A DNA stretch of 64,000 nucleotides, from the NCBI GenBank assembly GCA_964604555.1, contig CAZRZK010000011.1:14732-78731 (forward strand). Direction: 5' to 3'. The notes under the pieces were generated by a model. The model was not told where the DNA came from and did no database searches. It saw nothing but the letters and a program-made list of their open reading frames with translations. A program made the translations under genes and the position numbers. Origin of the DNA: an uncultured Pseudobdellovibrionaceae bacterium. GTDB taxonomy: Bacteria; Bdellovibrionota; FAC87; UBA2466. This document shows positions 56,959 to 64,000 of the stretch, one piece after another. Numbering within the stretch: position 1 is the first letter of the stretch; the number at the start of each line of letters is the position of its first letter.

Positions 56959-57846
56959 CTATTGATCTGCCCTTTGCGTGACAGGGAATAAATAAAGGCC
57001 AGCAAAGAAAACGTCATCGCTGTTGCTGTCTAGGCCATATTTGCGGTTGAGCTTTTTCCGAAACTCTCGGATTTCCTCTTTAATCTCCTTTAACCGAGAC
57101 TGCGGAATCGCTAAAACCAAACCGGACATCTCACGCCGCTCGTTGGCCACCCCAAAAATGGAATGGATCGCCTTTCGGAGGTAGGTCCGGTGCAAACTCC
57201 GAATTACATGGGGAGGGATCTCCTCTGAACTGGTGAGAAGAGGTTCCTTTTGTTCCAGAACTCCTGATTCATTTCGTTTCAAGAAGTGAAGACGAAGCAA
57301 TAACTCCAAACTTTCCTTAGCTTGAGCTTCAGTAATCTTATTTCCAAGCCGTTTCGCAATCCATTGGGGATCTTCCCTAAAATCACCACAGTTGACGAGC
57401 TCTTTGACCACGGCATGATGCCAATCGAGCATGAACTTAATCCGATCGGCTTTAACAGGGGTCGGAGTCCTTTGTTTTTCCTGGTATTTCAATAAGGAAC
57501 GCAGGTGCAATTCCTTGCTGTCGGGATCGGACACCTCTTGGTACATTACCAGTTCTCGAAAATACTTCTCTTCATCTCGGCTTAAACCCAAACCTCGGGC
57601 AAACTGATAAAGGGTTCGGTCGGTAATGCGGCGTTTTCCATCGACCACTAATTTTAAATAATTAGGAGAACCGAGCTTTGCTTTCCGGGCAAAAAGCCGG
57701 TAGCTGTAGGAGGCATTACGGCGTTTGTGAAAGAGGTAGTAATCGTGCAGGTATTCGCGGTAATCGAAATAGTCAAAAAGATTGGGAATGGGGACACCCT
57801 TTCCCTGGGACTCCTTCACTGGATGAGCTTTTGTCATATCCCCCAT
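56959..57846 (-). CDS. hypothetical protein with N-terminal HTH-like region (TIGR02147-like)
   Basis: 295 aa. The N-terminal region YSYRLFARKAKLGSPNYLKLVVDGKRRITDRTLYQFARGLGLS looks like an HTH. Family assignment is from memory only. Confidence 0.3.
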   Translation of the reverse strand: MGDMTKAHPVKESQGKGVPIPNLFDYFDYREYLHDYYLFHKRRNASYSYRLFARKAKLGSPNYLKLVVDGKRRITDRTLYQFARGLGLSRDEEKYFRELVMYQEVSDPDSKELHLRSLLKYQEKQRTPTPVKADRIKFMLDWHHAVVKELVNCGDFREDPQWIAKRLGNKITEAQAKESLELLLRLHFLKRNESGVLEQKEPLLTSSEEIPPHVIRSLHRTYLRKAIHSIFGVANERREMSGLVLAIPQSRLKEIKEEIREFRKKLNRKYGLDSNSDDVFFAGLYLFPVTQRADQ

Positions 57847-57959
57847 GGACTATTCACTCCTACACTAACGCATAACCGCAATTTTTCAAAAGTTCAATGG
57901 CAATTCGTTAACTAGCGATAAGGCGAAGAAGTGGCATACTGCCTGCATTCATCCAGGGC

Positions 57960-60911
57960 ATGCTGGTGAAAATAAGAGCTGGGGACTTAGCTCATCAGGC
58001 TAAGTGTGCATTTATATGCATTTTTCTATTTTCGCACAGCTTTGCCTTGTCGGTTATTGCCGAATTCAACCTGTTCAACAATCCGCCACTCGTTGATTTC
58101 TTAACTACTTATTACGAACAGAACCCCCATTTACTTGCCGATCCTACTACCAGTCCCGAACTGGCAAGACGCTTCTTAAGACTGTCAGAATACGCCGATG
58201 GATTGCAGGATCCATTTCTGGCAAAGTCCAAAGCTCGTCTTAAACTCCCTTCGCAGGCAGAGGTGAAAGCCACCTCCCAATTCCAACTTAATGGGTTGCA
58301 ATATGAGCTGAAAGAGACCCACCCGGCTGAAATGATTTTGGACTCTCGAAATCCCGTAGATCCGTTGCCGGCGGCGGCACTCCCCCATTTAGATTATTTT
58401 GCCGTTCCGGGAGTAAAGCTCTACCGATTGCAATCCGAAGATGATCTTTCCCGTGTTCGCTATTTCACGGTGGCCCAGGCCCAATTCGACGGGAAGAGTT
58501 ATCCTATGCTGATTCTGGGTGAGCAGGGGTGGAGTCGGGCCGAAGTTTACGCGCTGATGCGATCGGTAGCTGAACTTTCCGGCTCGAAGAAGGTGATCCT
58601 TTCAAACCGCTCTCCCGTTTCCATCCTTCCGACAGAACGGCTCCCTGAAGAACAAAAGAGCGTCAAGGATGCTCCTATTCCGCCAGAGAAAACAACAGCG
58701 GTGCGATCTACCCTGATGCCACAAGGCTGGCTCACCGTGGACATCCACCAAGGGAAAAAAAACAGAGTCCGCCCTTTCAATGATACTGAAGTATCCAGTG
58801 GACTATTGCTCTCGGTCGACTCTTTGCCGGCCGATCCTGATTATGAATTAAAAACCAAAAAGGAAGAGCCAAGAAAACTCTCTCCATTGGAAAGGCTTTT
58901 TACCAACTCTCGATCCCATGAAGTCACCCCGTTTATTGCCACGAAGATTATTTCAAATTTAGAGGCCATCGGCAGTCATGGTCTTTTGGAGCAGGCGCGG
59001 AAACAATTTGGTGATCGATTTTACGAACAGTCTCAACACACGCTCAACCTCTTCCGCACTCTCGATTCAACCCTCGAAGGCGCACGAGCCGAGGCCGGAA
59101 CCAGTCTAACCAATGGAAGCTCTTTCTACTCTCTGTTCGGCGATTCTTATTTACGCCTTCCTTCCTTTGCACGCCCGGAGTACGCGATGGCGGTGCTGGA
59201 GCGGTTACAGCCCACGATTCCAGAAGCTGCCTATAAAGACTTAGCCAAACATGTTTTATGGAGAACTCCGGAGTGGTCGGAAAGTCTTTACGATCTCTAC
59301 GAGAAGTTGGCCAATCCTGCCCTTGCGGTTTACCTCGCAAAGCAATCCCCCTCTCCAAGGAAAGATCGCCTTCTGAAGACCGATTTCCATCATCTTGTGC
59401 AACAATCAAAAGCAGAGCCCAGTGCACTCCGAAGTCACACTCTTCTCTCAGTCTATGAAGCTCTTTCACCAGCGGAGCAGAAGAAGCTCCTCGAGCAGGA
59501 ATGGAGCCCCGATTGGTTGCGGTTCAAAGAGGTGGTTGCTGAGAATCCGTTTGTCACCGATTTACTATTGAAAACGAAGCAATGGTCTCCCATTCACTAC
59601 CAGATCGCCATGTCGGTGCCATTGGAAGAGCTCAAGCCCGTTCTTGTTCCCCTCTTGGGAAAACAGCCGCCCACTCCTAACAAATATCGACTTCTGTCAT
59701 CGCTTTACGGGAAAGTGGAGGCAAAGGATATTCCCTCACTGCTACAGGAAGTGGTGAAAGATGAGCGGGCGCCCGCAGAGTTGGTCCGAAAATTAATTTC
59801 CGATTTCCAGCGTTCGCTTCCCCCTTCTCCCGTGACAGCACTTTATATCAATAGCCTGCTTCCAAAAGCATTTGCCCATCTTAAACTTCCAGTGGAATCT
59901 TTCTTGAAAGATATCGATCCCACCTCTTTGAAAACGACCCGCCACCTCAACGCTAGGAATTTTTTAAATGAGGTTAGAGGAGGCGCGTCCGCGACCCGTG
60001 ATCAAGTGATCCAAGCCGTGGTGAGTCTCCTGAAGGACCTTGAGCACGGGGCGAACCACTTCAATTCTCTCTACTTAAATGCCTATATTCCGGACACTTT
60101 CGCTGAACTCAAGGCCCCGGTTGCTTTGGACAAAGAGTATTTCCAGGGTCTGATGAGGGATGTGAACAAATATGCAAACGTGGGTACTCTTGATTCGCGC
60201 GATCCCTTTTTCAATCATCTAATAGAGGCGACCCTACGTTTCCGGTATATACTAAGGGGTGAAAAACACTGGATGGAGTTGGGAGATCAGCTCCAGAAAC
60301 TCTATGAGCTGAACCCAGCAACAACTTTGAATTTTATCGATGTCCTCTATGAACAACACCAGGCGTTTTATAAGGATAAGTCAAATCCCGATCACCGCTA
60401 CGGAAAAGAGTTAAAAAACATCCGTGATGCGTTGCTATCGGGAAATAGGGCCGCTGAACTGAAACCTAAATTAGCCCAATTTGGAAAGCGTTCTTGCCGG
60501 CAAATTGTGAATAACATCCGCTATTACTTGCTGCCGGGGACGGGATGGGGATTAATCGCTGGGTCCGCGGGCTGGACGGTATATGAGCTTAGTCAGGTCG
60601 AGCGACGGGAGTTGCAAAGGCTCGAGCAACTTGCGAAACCCATGAAAGAACAAGTCGATTTATGGAATATCGAACTGATGCATTTTCCTAAGGATTTGCC
60701 AACAAAGCTCGCTGAAGATACTCGAAGCTTCTCCGAAAAGATTGAAGCCCATCGTGCTTATATTTCGGAGTTACAGACTAACTCCTCTAAGAGGACTCAG
60801 ATCGGGGTAGAGAATGGGCGACATTGGTCTGAGTCGTTGCAGCTGGATTATAAAAAATTAAAAGCACGCTGGGAGGGGTACGAGGGAAAAGCGTTCCGAA
60901 AATCCCCCTAA
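57960..60911 (+). CDS. large hypothetical protein (983 aa, Leu-rich, alpha-helical)
   Basis: Long uninterrupted ORF with coding-like composition and no recognisable catalytic motif. The N-terminal hydrophobic segment may be a signal or TM, and the real start may be downstream. Confidence 0.4.
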   Translation: MLVKIRAGDLAHQAKCAFICIFLFSHSFALSVIAEFNLFNNPPLVDFLTTYYEQNPHLLADPTTSPELARRFLRLSEYADGLQDPFLAKSKARLKLPSQAEVKATSQFQLNGLQYELKETHPAEMILDSRNPVDPLPAAALPHLDYFAVPGVKLYRLQSEDDLSRVRYFTVAQAQFDGKSYPMLILGEQGWSRAEVYALMRSVAELSGSKKVILSNRSPVSILPTERLPEEQKSVKDAPIPPEKTTAVRSTLMPQGWLTVDIHQGKKNRVRPFNDTEVSSGLLLSVDSLPADPDYELKTKKEEPRKLSPLERLFTNSRSHEVTPFIATKIISNLEAIGSHGLLEQARKQFGDRFYEQSQHTLNLFRTLDSTLEGARAEAGTSLTNGSSFYSLFGDSYLRLPSFARPEYAMAVLERLQPTIPEAAYKDLAKHVLWRTPEWSESLYDLYEKLANPALAVYLAKQSPSPRKDRLLKTDFHHLVQQSKAEPSALRSHTLLSVYEALSPAEQKKLLEQEWSPDWLRFKEVVAENPFVTDLLLKTKQWSPIHYQIAMSVPLEELKPVLVPLLGKQPPTPNKYRLLSSLYGKVEAKDIPSLLQEVVKDERAPAELVRKLISDFQRSLPPSPVTALYINSLLPKAFAHLKLPVESFLKDIDPTSLKTTRHLNARNFLNEVRGGASATRDQVIQAVVSLLKDLEHGANHFNSLYLNAYIPDTFAELKAPVALDKEYFQGLMRDVNKYANVGTLDSRDPFFNHLIEATLRFRYILRGEKHWMELGDQLQKLYELNPATTLNFIDVLYEQHQAFYKDKSNPDHRYGKELKNIRDALLSGNRAAELKPKLAQFGKRSCRQIVNNIRYYLLPGTGWGLIAGSAGWTVYELSQVERRELQRLEQLAKPMKEQVDLWNIELMHFPKDLPTKLAEDTRSFSEKIEAHRAYISELQTNSSKRTQIGVENGRHWSESLQLDYKKLKARWEGYEGKAFRKSP

Positions 60912-60924
60912 CGAAGATGAAGCT

Positions 60925-62064
60925 TTAAAGTAGATTCCCTCTATTTAATAAAGAGAATGTTGCTGCACCTAAAACGGCGGCCACAGGCAAAGTCGTCACC
61001 CACGCCAGCAAAATGCTTAAGATCATTTTCCAATGAGCCTTCTTCGTCACCGTCCCAATTCCAAATAATGAACCACAAGAAACATGGGTAGTAGAGACCG
61101 GTAATCCCCAGTTGGAAGCCAGCGTGACAAGCACACCCGTCACGAGATTCGCTGTGAATCCTTGGCCGGCATTCATTTCGGTGACTTTCAAGGACATCGT
61201 ATCGGCTATTTTCTTAGAGTTGATCCATCCGCCGATTCCCATCAGTAACGCTACCGAGCCAATGGCGATTTGCGGAGGGAGGAGAGCCCCGGCAAAAAGA
61301 ACCGCCGCAATTTTAGGGGTGTCATTCAGGGCACGAGCAAAACAGACAATCCCGGCACTTAGATAATGGAATTGATCCAGCAGAAAAGGGATGTTGATGC
61401 CCATCACATTGCCTTTATATCGATCCATGCAAGAAGCTTCAGTGCCAATCGTAATGGTTGGGACAGTTGTTTGACCTGCATAGAAGGCAATCGCCTGATC
61501 CTTTCCCATGCCTGCTGGGACAGGTCCAATCACCTGAGTTCCCACACAGAGACAAGATTCCTTCTTCACGCCGGATCGAATCCTTAACAATCGAAAGAGT
61601 GGATAGATAGCAATTGAACTGGCTACTGCAACAATAGGACTTAATAATAGGGGCATAAAAAAGGCTCCCCCTAATTTATTCAGATTCACACCCGTTGGTG
61701 AGGCCAGAAACCCCGCTCCCACCAAAGCTCCGGTTAATGCATGAGTGGTCGAGATCGGAAATCCTAATCGGGTTGCAAGCATCACTGTCGCGGCGGCAGC
61801 GGCGACCACTGCCAATGAAAAACTTTTCATTGTGACCACTGCATCCGGAACCAATCCTTTTCCACTAAAGGTCGCCAGCAAACTCTTTGCGAGGAAAAGC
61901 GAAACGATCGATCCCATCGCCGTTGTTATCGTCGCCCAAATCAAAGCCTTGCGATAGGTAGTGGTCTTGCTTCCAAAAAGAGTGGCGACCCCTTTGAAGT
62001 TGTCGTTTGAGCCGTTGGCGTAAGCCAAAAAAAGAACCAAGATCAGAGAGAGTGCCAGAGTCAT
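60925..62064 (-). CDS. pitA: inorganic phosphate transporter, PiT family
   Basis: Both PiT signature GANDVAN-like motifs are present (ANGSNDNFKGVATLFGS at the N-terminus) in a polytopic membrane protein. Confidence 0.8.
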   Translation of the reverse strand: MTLALSLILVLFLAYANGSNDNFKGVATLFGSKTTTYRKALIWATITTAMGSIVSLFLAKSLLATFSGKGLVPDAVVTMKSFSLAVVAAAAATVMLATRLGFPISTTHALTGALVGAGFLASPTGVNLNKLGGAFFMPLLLSPIVAVASSIAIYPLFRLLRIRSGVKKESCLCVGTQVIGPVPAGMGKDQAIAFYAGQTTVPTITIGTEASCMDRYKGNVMGINIPFLLDQFHYLSAGIVCFARALNDTPKIAAVLFAGALLPPQIAIGSVALLMGIGGWINSKKIADTMSLKVTEMNAGQGFTANLVTGVLVTLASNWGLPVSTTHVSCGSLFGIGTVTKKAHWKMILSILLAWVTTLPVAAVLGAATFSLLNRGNLL

Positions 62065-63596
62065 TTCAATATCCTTGCTTGTGTGTCTGGTTTTACGAGC
62101 TTAATTCTCCGGATCTGTTTTTCCACCAATTCATCCACTCTTTTACCGGAGTCTTCAATTCCGGTCGCTTCGGTGAAGGCATCTAACCCATCTCCTCCAC
62201 CAAAGACGAAATTATTGGCTGCTACTTGATAGTTCTTGTCATTCTCTAAGGCATTTCCATTCAGTAAACTTACCTGTCCTAATTTTCCCTGACGGATTTC
62301 ATATTTACCGCCAGAAATATGCAGAAGTCCTCCCCCCATCTTTTGCGACGAGGAAATTCCCTGTTCGAGTGCTTTTCGGATCTGAGCACCTGACATTGTT
62401 CCGGTGACGAGAGTGTTTTTAAAGGGAAGGATACGTAATACATCTCCCAGGCGAATCGGTCCTTCAAAGAGAGAGCCCCGAATTCCTCCACCATTGAAGA
62501 ATGCGAGATCAGCCTTGGCCTCTTTTCTCATCACATCGCAGATCAAATTTCCTAAAGCCGTTCCATGGGCACGGACCTGCTCCCGTTCCCCATCCAATGT
62601 TACTTTTGTTCTCCCTAAAACCTTTTTAAGACGTGCCTCTACCTGCTTTGTGTAAGTCTTGAAAAAAGCGACCAATTCTTTCGTTTCTCCCTTCGCAGGA
62701 TCGACTGGGATCACCTGAGCTTTCGTATCTTCTAATTTTCTCGATTCTAAATTAAAGGAACCATCCATTCTCCCTAGGTATTGCCCCCATTCGCCAGCTT
62801 GCAGAATGATCGAATCCCCCTCTTTGATTCCATCCGGCAAAAGTGAGTGGGAATGTCCGCCAACTACTACGTCGATCCCATCCATCTTTTTTACAAGTGA
62901 AACATCATCGGTCTGGATAATTTCTTTAGGGTTTAAAACGGCGATCGGCACTCCTAAATGAGTCACCGCAATAATCACTTCTGCTTTTTGTTTCTTCAGG
63001 GCTTCAACCTCTTTTTGTGCTTCTTCAATGGCTGAAGTGACTTCGATCTGTTTTGCCGTCGAAGAAAGAATTAATTTTTTTACACTTTCGGTGGTCAATC
63101 CAAGAATTCCGATCTTTACACCGGCTCTTTCGATGAGCACACTCCGTTTAATTCCTTCCCGCCCCGAAAACTTTACGTTGGCTGAAAGGATTGGAAATTT
63201 GACCCAGGCGACCTGCTTAAAAAGTTTTTCGATCCCTCCATCCAATTCATGATTCCCTAGGGCCATCGCATCGTACCCCATCTTTTCCATCCCCTTCAGA
63301 TCGGGTTCGGCATTAAAGAGATCCGATTCTGGGGAGCCGGTGTTGATGTCTCCACCCGAAAGAAGCAGGAAGATTCCATTTTGGTCAGCCACCTCTTTAC
63401 GGATTTTCTTAATGATTTCCCACTGCGCCGCGAACCCGCCTACCTGCTGCTTTGAGGGGTTTACAAAAGGAAGAAAATGGCCGTGAGTATCATTGGTATG
63501 AAGAATCACAAAAGGGATCCGGGCGCCTGGGGAAGGGAGCTTGGAAGCGCAGCCCACCAATAAGAGAGCAATAATCAATAAAGATTTAAGAGGCAT
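62061..63596 (-). CDS. lipoprotein 5'-nucleotidase / UDP-sugar hydrolase-family bifunctional metallophosphatase
   Basis: Lipobox LLVGCAS, calcineurin-like motifs (HTNDTHGH, GGD, GNHELD) and a C-terminal 5'-nucleotidase domain. It overlaps pitA by 4 bp. Confidence 0.7.
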   Translation of the reverse strand: MPLKSLLIIALLLVGCASKLPSPGARIPFVILHTNDTHGHFLPFVNPSKQQVGGFAAQWEIIKKIRKEVADQNGIFLLLSGGDINTGSPESDLFNAEPDLKGMEKMGYDAMALGNHELDGGIEKLFKQVAWVKFPILSANVKFSGREGIKRSVLIERAGVKIGILGLTTESVKKLILSSTAKQIEVTSAIEEAQKEVEALKKQKAEVIIAVTHLGVPIAVLNPKEIIQTDDVSLVKKMDGIDVVVGGHSHSLLPDGIKEGDSIILQAGEWGQYLGRMDGSFNLESRKLEDTKAQVIPVDPAKGETKELVAFFKTYTKQVEARLKKVLGRTKVTLDGEREQVRAHGTALGNLICDVMRKEAKADLAFFNGGGIRGSLFEGPIRLGDVLRILPFKNTLVTGTMSGAQIRKALEQGISSSQKMGGGLLHISGGKYEIRQGKLGQVSLLNGNALENDKNYQVAANNFVFGGGDGLDAFTEATGIEDSGKRVDELVEKQIRRIKLVKPDTQARILK

Positions 63597-63984
63597 GGGT
63601 CAATCCTTGGGTAATGGGGACAAGATTGGCCTGGATCAGAGCCCAGTGTTTAAGAGGAGAATCATTGGGTGCCAATTCCGGCCCTAAATAAAAAATATGG
63701 GGGGCTACTTCGAGGCTTTGTACTGGAATGGGTTCGGCATTGAGGTAGGGCTTATCCACGGTTATTTTCTTCTGCTGCAAAGTGGAAATCTCAACCTGCA
63801 ATTGTTTAGCGAGCTCCTTTTTTCCATTGCGGATAATTTTAGAAAGAAGCTCTGAGTCAGAGGAGATCTCGGGATCGATCTCAAACCTCAGCATCCCATT
63901 CGTAAATTTTGCGGAGAACTCCAGATCTTTAAATCGGATTGGAAATTCAAGTGTGACCGGAGCCAAATTCCATTTAAATAACAC
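63586..63984 (-). CDS. hypothetical protein
   Basis: 132-aa ORF overlapping the downstream gene by 11 bp, with no recognisable motif. Confidence 0.3.
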   Translation of the reverse strand: MLFKWNLAPVTLEFPIRFKDLEFSAKFTNGMLRFEIDPEISSDSELLSKIIRNGKKELAKQLQVEISTLQQKKITVDKPYLNAEPIPVQSLEVAPHIFYLGPELAPNDSPLKHWALIQANLVPITQGLTHAS

Positions 63985-64000
63985 ACGGCAAGAAATACTT

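Noticed and set aside
1-64000. CRISPR arrays, transposases/integrases, prophage genes, tRNA/rRNA genes
   Set aside because: There are no direct-repeat/spacer arrays, no DDE/tyrosine recombinase-like ORFs, and no tRNA cloverleaf or rRNA-like conserved blocks. The only repeats are the short REP-like hairpins.

Overview
This 64 kb window is a compact, mostly housekeeping chromosomal segment from a Gram-negative bacterium. GC is about 48%, genes are tightly packed, and many convergent gene ends overlap.

Several features suggest a predatory Bdellovibrionota-like organism, tentatively: three secreted subtilisin-like or metzincin-like proteases, a secreted phospholipase D-family protein, gldA/gldF/gldG-like gliding ABC transporter genes, spoVG, and two orphan PP2C phosphatases.

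Recognisable housekeeping genes:
- serS, nadK, a TldD/PmbA-family gene, transaldolase, rarA, lptF/G, rimO, yajQ, lolA and ftsK.
- cspA and rho, followed by tandem lspA paralogs and the tig-clpP-clpX-lon block.
- spoVG, ispE and lpxH.
- The rpsF-priB-rpsR-(DUF2232)-rplI operon, then a PiT phosphate transporter and a 5'-nucleotidase.

I found no rRNA or tRNA genes, CRISPR arrays, transposases or integrases.

The most interesting signals:
1. A LysR-controlled divergent locus at 17.0-22.5 kb. The divergent gene encodes an 876-aa fusion of an FAD-dependent oxidoreductase domain to an alpha-oxoamine synthase (AONS/SPT/CqsA family). The LysR operon carries a DUF protein, a Rieske ferredoxin and a PLP-dependent Cys/Met gamma-enzyme. 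The intergenic region holds a 112-bp nested perfect palindrome.
2. A family of dispersed REP-like hairpin elements (TCATTGCGAG - GC hairpin - CGAAGCAATC) at four loci. They sit mostly at gene 3' ends, and one copy encodes the C-terminus of a gene.
3. A 280-bp GC-rich, ORF-free segment at 15.2-15.5 kb that looks like a structured ncRNA, with a GGAUUCGAU motif reminiscent of the tmRNA 5' domain.
4. Tandem, translationally coupled lspA paralogs.
5. A secreted-protease island: a Gly-rich HExxH protein followed by a 1168-aa S8 subtilase.
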